Part shown: positions 51,754 through 64,000 of the stretch, piece after piece
Layout of the letters: every line of letters starts with the position of its first letter
How positions within the stretch are numbered: the first letter of the stretch is position 1
DNA from: Lingula anatina
Taxonomy: Eukaryota; Animalia; Brachiopoda
NCBI GenBank assembly: GCA_051362555.1
Contig: CM120649.1
Location: forward strand, 15,190,001 to 15,254,000
Reading direction: 5' to 3'
Length of the DNA: 64,000 bases
The notes under the pieces: generated by a model
Databases searched by the model: none
Seen by the model: the letters and a program-made list of their open reading frames with translations, nothing else
What the model was told of the DNA's origin: nothing
Translations under genes and position numbers: made by a program

Positions 51754-52641
51754 CATGCGGTTTTCCGTTGTAAGCCTTTTATTTTCACATGCTACCGGGA
51801 ATGATCGAAGCTCTTGTACAAATAAACAATACTTCCTTGCATTATTGTCGCCCTTTTCAATACTTACGGTATTGTAATATTTAAAGTAGGGCAGATTATT
51901 TTTAGATCTTGCAAGCCTCTTTGGTTTGTGTTTACTACGTTTAATCATTAATTACAGCGTATTGTGCATGGTGATGTACCAAACAACCCCACTTTGCGCA
52001 AAATAGGTTAGGCCTACCTGTCGCCCAAGGTGCCTTAGTCAAATGTACTAGTTTATATCGCAAATAAATAAATGAATATTAAATAAAGAAATAAATAGTT
52101 GAATAATAAAAAGAATGAAAATTTAGATGACCCGGAAAATTAATTTAATCATGATAAAATTATAATTATAATAGCTATGGTGGTGATGATGAGAATATTA
52201 ACAATAAAAAATTATTTGTTAATAATACACGGCCTTATTCTACATATTCTTTCATATTGTTTTAGTGGCACTTGAGACGGGCATGTGTTCATATATATGT
52301 GTGTGTGTGTGTGTCGTTTGAAATTGAAATTACTAGTTAAACTATAGTATATTCTCAGTCCTGACCTAATATCTGGTTTTTACAGAATTACAGTTATAGT
52401 CGCGCTAGGGTCAGACGGCCATATACTGGTATGTTATACTGTAGGCCTACGAAAAAAACGTACGTCCTTGCATCAGCCAGTTTTTAGACATGACCGGTGC
52501 GAGTATACCAAATTATTATAGGGAAATGAGGTGCGCTTGACATTTATAAATATGTAATGCATTGACTCACGTTATTAGGAGAAAAATATTCAATCTGGTG
52601 ACATTTAATATGGTCTAATATTTGAGCAGGGCTATGCACAG

Positions 52642-52808
52642 CATGCCCGTAGCCAGGGGGGGGTCGGGGGGTTCGAAAGAACCGCCCTTTTTGCTGGAAA
52701 AAGTCCACTCTGGGTAAAATTTGATCTAGGTACATAAAAATTTTATGGTAAAAGGTCCACTTTTTCAGAAAAAGAACCCCCCACTTGAAATTGCTGGCTA
52801 AGGGCCTG
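52642..52808. mobile_element. Short MITE with 5-bp TSD
   Basis: TIR catgcccgtagccag / ctggctaagggcctg, flanked by direct repeat cacag. Confidence 0.65.
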
Positions 52809-54525
52809 CACAGGGTAGAATGTGTGTGTGTGTGTGTGCTGGGTGGGGGGGCAGCTAGTTTTCTTGGGTTGTCAGTGGAGTGGAGACAAGGAATACTACA
52901 AATTTCAGTGCATTCCGTGTAATTTCAAAACAAACGAATTTTTTATACTATCCAAGATAAAGAACACGTCAAACAGCAAGCGAGTTTAAAATTGTTTCCA
53001 TCATGCGAGCTGTTTTGTTTTGAAGATTTGGCGATTGCTGCAGGTGCGCTACGTTTAGCGCTGGTCAGCTTGTCTCACCTAACGCAATACATAATTTTCA
53101 ATGCAGTCTTGCTTTTGCCAAGCAGACCGGGAGACGGGGAGAGTGTACTCATCAGCCTACCAGCACTCCCGAAGGGAGAGGGGGGGGGGGGGGAGCAGGA
53201 GGGGGCAAAATTAACTAAATTACTATCCGTGGCTTCAGTGAGTAGCTTCTTGATTAAAAAGAAATGCATTAGGTTTTGGCTTCGCAATTAAGTAGGCTAC
53301 AATGATTTCCTTATGAAATGACTGAATTAACTTGCTTTATTAACGTTAAACTTAAAAGCAGTTTGAAAGTTTGGTCTTCATAAGTATATTGATTCCAAGT
53401 TAAATTAATCAAATGGCTTCAGTAAAGGGCTTCACACTGAACCCTGGGGAAAGGTTTTGCACTTCACATAATTATGTACAATGATAAAAAGTTTCAATTT
53501 TAATTTAAAAATTATAGACCCAAAGTTATGTATTAAAAATGAAATAAACTAGTAATTGATATTTATTTCACATATATATATGGCAGTTGATGTTTTTCAA
53601 CAATCAGTTAAAAAACAAAGCAGTAAACATTTTCCTTAAAAAATTCCGTATACAGATACAAACAACTTGGAAAAAAGCATACCTGCATTCTAAAAGCAAA
53701 GCACACTTGCATAATTTAAAATGCATACTGAATATTATATAAACAGAAGTAATACTGAGATATCTCTCATTGGCATATGCATAGTGATACTGTTATTTGC
53801 ACAGAAGAACATACTGGTTAGGTATCTATCTGAAAACACTACAAAAATGCCAAAGAGTCATAATAATCTAGGCATTTACAGCATTTTTACAGAGATTCAT
53901 TCTAAAAAAAAATATTTTGATTTTTGCCATGCAAGCACCACCATGACTAAAATGACTGATTAGAATTATTTAGTTTTTCAAAATGTTAATTATGTCAGTG
54001 GTCCTTATTCTGTTATACATTAGTATTTCTCTTACTTTACACTGGACGGCATAATTCAGTCACCACGAGTTTCAGAGACACCTTACTGGAAACTAACCCT
54101 CAAATTATCATACATCTCCCATTTCCATTAATTGTATTTTGTCCACATTTGAAAAAAATGTAGGTCTATATATCCTGAAAAGCTACTTATGAGTACCTTT
54201 CCAATTTGAGAACCTATTATAGTAAGTATACGCTCGATATTGCATGTACATTGAGATGTTGGGCTAATGAACTATATTCAGTCATTTAAAATGAAATTAT
54301 AAATATAAGAATTAATAGCCTATAACATCAAATCCAAGTGCAAGGAAAAGCCAAGCTTAATTATGATTGCTGTGCAGTTAAGTTTTTTTTTTTTTAGAGG
54401 AAAATTTGATGTCGCAGGAAAATCACAGTAAGGGTTAGAATACAGAGCATATGCCAGATGAAGGTGCAAATCACCATCAGCAAGCACTTTGAAGCACAAT
54501 AAAGGTCTACTGCACTGTGGATTTC

Positions 54526-54693
54526 CAGGGGCAGATCCAGACATATTTTCTGACAGGCTTCCAAATTATCTTTATTGTGCCATCCTCCATTTTTGACCGT
54601 CTTCCGACAGGAAAAATAAGATACCCGTCAATGTAAACTTGAAAATCTGACCGTCCTCCAGAAGACCCAGAAGACGGCCTAAATCTGCTCCTG
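54526..54693. mobile_element. Short MITE with 5-bp TSD, just downstream of the TIR receptor stop codon
   Basis: TIR caggggcagat / atctgctcctg, flanked by direct repeat atttc. Confidence 0.62.
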
Positions 54694-54789
54694 ATTTCTG
54701 TAATAACCCAAACATGTCAAAACTAAGCACTTCCAAGAAATTACAGAATTAAAATTTAAGCATAATTGTCGTATGGTGTTTTTCTTGCC

Positions 54790-57700
54790 TCAAGTCTGCG
54801 GAGAGACACTTTTCTCATAACCACTGTCTGTTGACTGCATGGATTGAAAGTTTGCATTGGGTATGTCAAGAGCCTTGCCCAGACCTTGAGGTTCTGGGTG
54901 ACCTCCAATGTGACCTTGACCTTCACTTTTAGCTTGACCTTCACCTTTCATGTCTACCATAATTTGATTTGGATTGGCCTGGTGACCTTCTGGGCAGCTA
55001 CCAATGCTATTCATGTCTATTATTTCATGAGAAGTTGAGTCTGGATGTTCAGGAGATGTACTGGAATGGATGTCTACTTTGATTTCTGTGACATCTGGGT
55101 CGTTTGGTGGGAAGAAAACATTGTCATCAATTTCTACAGGAATGGGGATAGCAGACGGTGTAGGGCAGCTCAAAGAGTGAGAATTTGTTGAAGAAATCAA
55201 AGGGCAGTGTGCAGACGTGCTTGATGTGCTCTCCTGACCAGGGCGTCTGTTGGATGTTGTTAAATTTCCACGGACCTTTTGGATTTTCTGGGGTGGTAAA
55301 TACAAGCGTAGTTTTTTCCAAAACATTTCATTTTTCTTGGCAATATTCTGCGATGAAACACCTCCTTCCTCATCAACAGGGTGCCATCGCAATTTTTTCA
55401 GCACCTTTAATGCCTTCTGAACAAGTTCTTTGTCCCTGTTCTTCTTTTTGTATGCCTCCCACTCGCTGTCTTGGATATCTTCAAATAGGATGAAAACTAT
55501 GCGCCGATGCTCTTTCACAGCTACATGAAAGATGAAGTCAAAGTATGGCTCCTCCAGCATGGCGCGCGAGAGAACTATGATGAAGCAACGACTGGAGCTC
55601 ACTGCATTGTCCAATAGTGTTGGAATAGCTGAAATATTAAAAAAAAGATTTTGTGACCGGAAATTAATTAAGCACTCGGTGAGCACTGATCTCCACCAAG
55701 GAAGCTCCAAGAATTCTCAATTTTAATTTATTAATTTTTTTATAATTAATTAATCTTGTCGGTTCTGATTATGTAAGCCACTTTCTAAATTTATCCTGAA
55801 AATTTCATCAAGATGCATCTGTCACTTTTTGGGTAAGGTAGTCAAATTGATGACAAAGTCAGACAAACCAACAAAGGGAAATAAATAAATAATAAGCTAA
55901 TTAATTATAACTGGTTATATTTTGTGTAATTTTGGGTGCATATATTAGCTCCTGAATGAGTGAGGATGGAAATGGTGAAAAAAATAATCAGAAATGACTC
56001 ACATTCTCCACATCTGAAGTCCCGAGCCTCTATAATTATCTTATACTTAAACTCTCCTTCCAGCTTGGGCCTTAGTTTTCTGTGCACAAATAGCCTCTCC
56101 CTGTCACACTTCTGAGATACATAGACAAATGCATCGTGTTCTTTATCATCTGAAAGAAAATAAATAAATAAATAAAAACAAAGGAATAAAGGAATAAATA
56201 AAAAAATTGTCGAATCAACTGATGATTAATTAAATTACATGTATTCATAAAATGGAATTAGAAAAAACACATATGATTTTGTAGAATAAGTAGAAAAATA
56301 TAATAAATGATCAAATGATACCACAGTAATAATCCACTTTCCTGATTTCTTTAACAATTAAAATGCTATTTTTTTCTTATCAATATACAGACTTTGTTTT
56401 CAACTTTGATTTCCATGTCAAATGCCAGTGTTGAAAAACTGTCTACATAAAGACAAATTTCAATGCATAAATTATGCTCTCCCTTTCCATAACTTAACAA
56501 ACACAAAAAAATGTACCTTTGATTTATTTGTAGAAAATATTTTAGTTTCAATATCTAAATGCTCACCTTCTTGTTTATGACTAAATTTATCTTTCCACAA
56601 AAGTCTTATCTCCACCTGATATTTAACCAGAATAACAACTACTGTTACAACAAGAATTATAGCTGCCACAAGAGAAACTGAAAGAATGACGCTTTGTTTC
56701 CTTGTCCAGTAATTAGGAGCTGAAGGTTCTGAAATGTAGAATGTGAATGAATTAGTAATCTATCAGGCAAGATAAAACTTGAGCAAAAATGTTAATTAGC
56801 TTGGTACTTGAACCATATGAAAATGAAAAATTATCAAACAAAAGCCGAAAAACTTTCATACCGTTAGCTTACAGCCAACCTAGCTGGACCTGGCTAAGCT
56901 AATATTCCAGCAAAGCTAATTTCTCCTTCTCAATTCAGGTCTTGAAAATGATAAACCCCCTTTTATAAAAGTGTCTGCTGTTGATATTTTCTTCTAAAAT
57001 GTGGGGAAGGCATGACAGTCAAATGGCTGGCAGGAATTTCAGAGCTTAAGATTTTAATTAAAAATGGCATCATAAAACAGAGAATCCAAGTGAAAGGCCA
57101 AGTTGAGCAATGACTTGTGAGTACTAGAATTGCTTCTCCCATAAGGAAAACTCAATTTGTCATGAAAATCCTGGATAGTAAACCTGTAACCACATATATG
57201 TTGCTTTATCAAACTTACTTGGTGGGGTCCGAACTAGATGAGCCAACACTGTGGGTTGTGGATCGATTCCATTTGCCATTACGCACTTGAAAACTTTGGT
57301 GTAGTCTTCCACCTGTACATCTGTTACTATAAGGTATGCCCCCAGTATCATATTGTCATACCTGTGAGAAATATGAATTTTTACTTCACATTTTCAGTCA
57401 ATTTGGGACCACTTTACTTATTGCATACTGTATTCAGCATGGTCTGTTACAGAAAAGAACCTAAAATAGTCTCTAAACTTTTAGAATAAAATTTAAGTCT
57501 AGTTTGTCCCAGGCAAATCCATACCTTCAACTGTAAACAGATGAGAAAATAAATAATTATCTTTTGTGCATTTCTCTAATTTTTGTACCTTGCCTCCTTC
57601 GTCACAGAAAACCTTGGCCCAACATCTTCAACGTCTCGCCAGATGGTGTCATTATTTGCTGTTGTCGTGAAATTTGTCAGCCATCTTATGACATTTGGAG

Positions 57701-58727
57701 TAGAGCTGGCATTGTCGCGACCTAGGAAACCTTCACAGAATAAAGTAACATTTTCTCCAGGAAGAGTCTGTTTGACAATTCTGTATCCCTTGGTAATCTT
57801 GTCTTTTGGAGGGAAGGTCACAGTTGGGGGATCAGTTATACCTGAGCAGGCTGAAATAATGTAAGAGATATAATAATAATAATAATAATAATAATAAAGG
57901 TTTTTTTCACCCATTGTATATATATATATTTTTAAAATACATACTACATGTAAAACAGGCATCATGCTGCCATTTCAAATTTAAAAAAAAAATGAAATAA
58001 AATTAACTGGCTAAAAGAGAAAAGGTCATTTTTATGGACCACTCTAAAAATATACTCACAGACAGCATTTAATTTCAACTCATGAGTAATATTCCTCCCA
58101 TCATCTCCCTCAGCCACGCATCTATACCAAGCATCGTCTTTTGTATGCACAGAACTTATCAGCAAAGTAACGTTGCGATCCAGCAAGCGGTATCCATTTT
58201 CTCGGTTGATCCAGTCTGTGGGTGGAAATGGGTCCCAGGTGTCCGAGTCCCTGGATTTCTGGTACCAAGTTAGGTTGGTGAAGCCTGCGGCACAGCAGTA
58301 CAAAGACTTGCTGGGTCCCTTACAGGCATAGTCCATGTCCCCTAGTTCTCTGCTCCATCTTAGTGGGCTATCTTGAAAAACCATGTTTTTAAAAAATAAA
58401 TTAATAAATGAAATGACAAATAAATAAACACTGAATATAAATTCATCCTATGATGGTCAAGTTAACTGGTAAAACAAAATTTAAAAATAGTGATGTAAAA
58501 AGTAAACGTTATTTTTAACTTTTACATTTTTTTCTTTGAAATATTAAAAAATTAGATATGTTATGAATGTTTCTTATATCATGATAATTGAATTCTAATT
58601 TTCTTTCTTTTTTTCTGTTATAAAAAAGGTTACCTTCTTTGACATCTGAGGGGCAATAGTTGAACTCAGACGATAGGACCTCACCCTGTAACACCAACAG
58701 TACCAGTAGAATTGTAGAAAAAGCCAT
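54790..58727 (-). CDS. Interleukin-1-receptor-like protein: signal peptide, 2 Ig domains, TM, TIR, Ser/Pro-rich tail (7 coding exons, ~652 aa)
   Basis: Exons 58727-58634, 58371-58060, 57850-57589, 57361-57219, 56728-56567, 56149-56003 and 55628-54790 join in frame (1959 nt, GT-AG). Ig motifs LYC..LTWYQ..LLISSV..DDAWYRC and VTLFC..IRW..LIVTDV..DY..FKC; TM VILSVSLVAAIILVVTVVVILV; TIR boxes HDAFVYVS, RDFRCGE, SSRCFIIVLS, FWKKLRLYLP. Confidence 0.9.
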
Positions 58728-60340
58728 TGTCAGTGGGTTTGGGAGGTTGGGGGAGTGGAGGTGACCTGAAAGCACAGATGGAACATAATGAAATATCAGT
58801 ATATTGTTAGTAATGAGCACAGTGCAAGCTCTTGTACTAAAAGCATTAAGTGGAAATGGAAATAAGTTTAAATTGAGTATATTTTTGAAATTGACCTAAA
58901 TAATTGCACATATGCATACTCATGCACACAGAGCTGTAAGCTTAGTCATTTTCTTTATGACTGTATTTACATTTTTTTAATTCAATGTACAGGCTCAGTT
59001 TAAGAACAAACATGAATAAATAAACAGGAGTGCTTTAGGTTAAGTAGTTAAGGGTTTGTCCTGAGTTTAAGGCTAGATTATAAGCTTCCAGGTGCTTATT
59101 GCACCCCCCCCCCTCAAAAAAAAAATGTGCTAATCAAGTAAATTAGTTGGAAAATTTTCAAAATTATTTTTTAATTTTCACAAGAGACTTCAAACCCATT
59201 CAAATATAAGAGGGGCAGAGGTCATTTCAAGGATGGACATTAAAAATCAGTAAATAAATTTCCAAAATTGTTACTTGAACAGCAGAGACATTGACCAAAG
59301 TCTGGAATTTAAAAAAAAATCAAAAATCCAAGAATTTAGTGAATAAGAGAGCGTGGGTACAGTATTTTGAACGTCTGATAGTCAGCCGGAAAGCCAGGGT
59401 CACCGTGACATAATTGGCAAAATGAAGAAGAAACCCACGCAAAAAATTTCCCAACACGTAACAATCACGCGCATATATGCAATAATAAACCGCAAAGAAT
59501 CTAGTTTTGTGATACTTTTTAAAATGTTTCCACCAACTACATAAGTTATCAGGAATACTGAACTAAAGTTCGTTCATGCCATGCAGTCTGAACCCATCAC
59601 AGGTGGCAAAACATACCCGCCTGTACGTAAATTTACCTGTCCTTTTCCTTCTCAGCGCACCTTCAACGACCGTTTACTCTTACTTCATCTGGTGCGATAT
59701 CACACGTGCTATTTGGCGGACTTAACCTATCGCAGTCACTCATTCCCCTTGTACCTTTAACCACAGCACAAGGTGTACAAGTCTTACAATGTGATCAAAA
59801 ATGTATGAATCTGTACGATACCTGCGACTTATCTCACGGCCACTGAAGTGAGTCATTGTCTAGCGCCGTGATTGCTTTCCCTTTTTTTCACTGGAAAAGG
59901 CTTTGAGTAACGCTAGTTACCCACGCGAAGCACCCATACCTACTGATAAGCACCGACCTAAATTTTATGATGTCAAGAATAGTGCTGCCAAATTTCCCAC
60001 GTGAACGTGTTTTAACTTACAGATCAGCTTGTGTTTGTGAATGAATCCGGAAGTTCGTTGAAATGACAAAAGAACAGGAAAAAAAGTACTATAGTCAATA
60101 TTGGCACGAGTACAATAGGGGGAAGAAGAGTAGGGGGATTTTTCACAAAATAGAATAAAAGTAGAAAAACAATTGACTTGATCGATCAACAAATATTTTT
60201 GCGTTACATTTTATATCAGCGGAAATGATCGAACAGCCATGTATAGATAAATAAACCTACCCCCTCCCTTTCAAAAAAAGAGAGCGCATTCAGCACCGTT
60301 TTAACATGAAAATGTTTATAAACTAACTTTCTCTCTCTTA

Positions 60341-60555
60341 GGCCGTATTCCCAGAGCTTTTAGATCGATCTATCCCCGCGGGGAGTCTCACTAGATTACT
60401 GTCAGATAATCCGGCTTAAATGTCCGTCCCGCCTACTACAAGTTGTAAGAGGGTATTTAACTTTCGTATCCGCTCGGTTGACAGCTGTTTAGCGTGAACC
60501 CCCAGGGAGTTAGGTCGATCTAAAGTAGATCAATCTAATTTCTGGAAATGCGGTC
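60341..60555. mobile_element. Harbinger-like MITE
   Basis: Imperfect TIR ggccgtattcccaga / tctggaaatgcggtc flanked by TTA, with internal tagatcgatcta palindromes. Confidence 0.6.
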
Positions 60556-60767
60556 TTATTCTGCTCTTGAATAGCACTTAACCTTTGGTGTGTTTGTAAG
60601 AGGGGGGGGGGGGGTGAAATCTTACCCGTTATCTCTCAGTAAAGGTGATAAATGCTAAATACAGGGACTGCAGGGCAGATAGGTTGAATATGCCATGTAA
60701 AGCTTGTGGTCATTTTGAAACCACTGTTCTTATAACAGACCTGGGCACAGTCGTCATCAAATTGAGA

Positions 60768-60800
<33 letters not shown>

Positions 60801-62673
60801 GGAGGTGACTGTAATTTTCAAAGGCTATTACAACTGAAAAAAATCTGCCCATGCAAATTCCAAAGGTATGCAGCTGTATCACGTGACATCTGAGGAGCAA
60901 AAATACAAATAAATTCTGAAATCTTTCAATCTTTTTGAAGAAATTTTTTATCTTTTTTTCTTCCACAATAGGTGGTACTTTATTAAACCTGATTTTATAA
61001 CATTCAATATGCATACATATCTGAAAATTACAATCTAAATATTTTAAGGTTTTTTACGAGTATTTTTACTAACAGTAAGCTGTCACTGGCCAAAACAAGT
61101 CTTGAGCGATGCAAAATGTACAAAACTCACATTGATAGCCTACTATACTAACATTGCATCAATTTTTTCCTTGCACATTTGACATTTATAAATGATTGTT
61201 TTAAATGACTCACAGGAAACATTTATCAACAGTAATACAGAGTTGATTATCAACGATAACAGCTTCAAAATTATCTGACTTTAAGCTGTCTCAGCTTAAA
61301 TTGAACAGCACGTAAACATGTACATAGTAAAGCGTTCACATACAGTCCTTTACATCATAATCTCATTTTTGCAAGATGTGCTTCATCTGTAAAAAAAAAT
61401 TTTTTTTAATAATAAAAAAAAATTAAATCAGACATTTGGTGTTTTGTGAGGTTTTTATACTAATCTACACCAGTCAACCTGCATTTCAGTAGAAACACTG
61501 ACAAAACAGCCTTCCTAGTAAGGAAGAGTCGCTCTCAAAACTATGAAACTCGGCCTGCTACAAGACAAGTTTCTATAGTTAAGGGACATTTCAACAAAAG
61601 CACTTTAGCCTGATAATTAGTCTCATCTTAGAGAGTAAACTTTGGTCTTCTTCCAGAAAAATTCTTATTAGTTCACTCAAAAAAAAAGTATATACTGGTC
61701 TCGAACATTAACCACACCTTTCTCTTTATAAAGCAGGAGTAATATTCAATTCAACTGAACAAATACCTAATTATCTTGGATCAAAGTAAATTCAAATTGT
61801 GGTCTCAAAGTTGAAGCAAATTTCCAGGCTAAATTCCTTTTGTGAAATAGGTCCTTATTCTTAGTCACCAAACTGTTGGTATCCCATCTACGTTTCAACA
61901 GTCATTTGATATCATGCAGCACAAGATATGTTGGTACATCTCTATGACACCTGTGCACCTCAGAACTAGATTTTCAGGTGGTACAGGCAATTCCAGTTGC
62001 TATGATATTGAAGGTCTTCCATCAGCATGGCCTTCAATGAAGGCATTTGCTAACTTGCTATTGTATAATAGTCTTTTTGACCACCGGCTGTTTTATATAA
62101 TCCTGAATTGTGCACTTTTTTCTGTAACTCCCTGTATATTTCTTATTTAATCTGCTTGAAAATACGCTCTGAAAACTGAAGTTTCCATTTCAAGACACTT
62201 TTCACATAAATGGTACAAATATTCTCAAAGTTTAAATGCAGTTTTTCCATGTATGTCACACTTTTAATGTTACAGCTGTCGCCAAATATCTTAAAATAGT
62301 ACCTGATTGTCTTAAAACTTTGGACACACTTTTGACATTTGTAGATCTTACATTATTCAGTGGACTAAGATCTATTTCCAAATGATTCAGTTTCTCCAAC
62401 ATTTGCAGATGATCCCAAAAAGTCGTGCACACTTTCCTGTATGTTAAGTTATAATCAACTACAGCTGCTTCCAAATGTCACAACACTTCTCCTTTAAAAG
62501 GTAACATTATCAAACACAATATATACTGTACTGCATTTGAATTGTACAATTGTTTCCAGATGTCACTATATTTTTCCTATGAAGAAACACAGTTGATCTG
62601 AAAAAGTTGCGTACACCATTCTGTGTATAAAATTGTTTTTTCTTTCTGGCTAGCTATATTTGTTTCCCCAATG

Positions 62674-64000
62674 TTATAACACTTTGCATCTCTTTCCTTG
62701 TGGTTTTGCTGGCTGCGGTGCTATGACAGATCTAACACCTTCATCGAATACCTGAAACATAGAAAAATGTCTCTGTAAAAATTTTGCCTATTGTTTAAAA
62801 ACATCACCACATAAATTTTTTCTAAGCAGAGGCAGAACCATAGATTCAGCCACAACAATTATTTCAATGACTTTGTATCATCCTTAACCTTGACTTCATT
62901 TTTCAAATAAAAAAAAAAACAACTTTCATTTAAATTTCAATTTTTTAAGCTTAACATAATTTAATTTAAAAAGGATTAAGAAAAACCACAAATCAACCAA
63001 AAATCACAGACTATCTTTTTAATCGAAGTTTTTGGTGATGATGACCCATAGGCATTTAGATCAGAGATCTTTTTCAGTGGTAACAGTGAAATGTAGATTT
63101 GTCATAAAATTTTGTTTCAAATTAAGTGATTCTCATCACAAAAATGTTACTATTTAAGAAAAAGAAAAAGAAAAAAAAAGAGGGACACTCACCTGTTTGA
63201 GTCCTCTCTGAGTCAGGGCAGAACACTCCATGTATTTAATAGCTCTGATCTTGGAAGCCAGCTTAATACCGTGCTCTCTTTTAATAGGGGATAGACCCAG
63301 TGATGACAGCTGCCCCAGAGTCTCCTTGTCTTCCCTCAGATCTATCTTTGTACCTGGTTGGGGGGGAAAAGACACAATGTATATAACTGTGGACATCCTG
63401 ATTACCACAATGCAGATTGTGATGCCTAGCTTCTCTACCACAATGGGATATCTGAACTTTATTATCACAATGGAGTACTAGCTGTTTTCACTACTGCGAA
63501 GGATCAATGCATAAATGTGAAATGTGTTTCTAGTATCTCAATATGTAACCTGATAATTGTCACCACTAACATTTACGTGATTTGTGCTGTATATTAGCTA
63601 TCATGATGTGAAATGTAATATCAGTTTTCCATATTAAAATGTGACATTTGTTTCCACTATGGTAAACCCCCATTAGGACTCTCAGATATAATTTGCATAG
63701 GCCTAAACCATGACCAAATAAATATTCTGGAACCTTTCAGAAGACTGATTCAAGATGGACCAAGCTCTTGATCTTAAAAGTCTTGCTGAAACCAACAGTA
63801 AAGAACATCAATTGAAAAGACGATATTTCAATTGACTAACATGTTAAGTTTTTTCTTTTCAGTAGAACCAAATCTAGATGGACAATTTGGAAACTCAGAA
63901 AAATGAACTTGGCTTACCAACTAGTATGATGGGAGTATCTGGGCAGTGATGGCGGATCTCTGGGTGCCATTTTGTGACGACATTGTCGTAGGATGAAGGC
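62674..64000 (-). CDS. Mtl: Rho-family GTPase of the Mtl/MIG-2/RhoG type, last three coding exons (5' part lies beyond the window)
   Basis: Exons >64000-63918 ([27 protein letters not shown]), 63353-63193 ([13 protein letters not shown]...[16 protein letters not shown]) and 62751-62674 ([29 protein letters not shown] box CKVL). Confidence 0.9.

Noticed and set aside
55629-55710. N-terminus MELPWWRSVLTECLINF of the 306-aa ORF
   Set aside because: Intronic, upstream of the acceptor at 55628; 'WRSVLTECL'-type text is typical of a non-coding repeat remnant.

Overview
AT-rich, intron-containing eukaryotic DNA from an invertebrate animal, probably a mollusc or other lophotrochozoan (inferred from gene families and repeat types). 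Position ~1-24.6 kb is a head-to-tail triplication of a five-exon minus-strand gene for a secreted PAN/Apple-EGF-C-type lectin (EPN motif). All three copies splice into intact ORFs, vary most around the sugar-binding loops, and copies 2 and 3 carry their own transposon insertions. These include a nested DNA-transposon stack that holds a 49-bp inverted copy of the neighbouring lectin exon. Position 28.4-32.9 kb holds a four-exon plus-strand gene for signal peptide + BRICHOS + long Pro-rich repeats + furin site + beta-prone C-terminal peptide. Further on are a full-length decayed Tc1 element (37.5-39.2 kb), an intronless Spot14/MID1IP1 gene, a seven-coding-exon Ig-Ig-TM-TIR receptor (IL-1R/SIGIRR-like) with an atypical BB loop, and the 3' end of a Mtl/MIG-2/RhoG-type GTPase. 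Exon structures and motifs were read by eye; no database searches were run.
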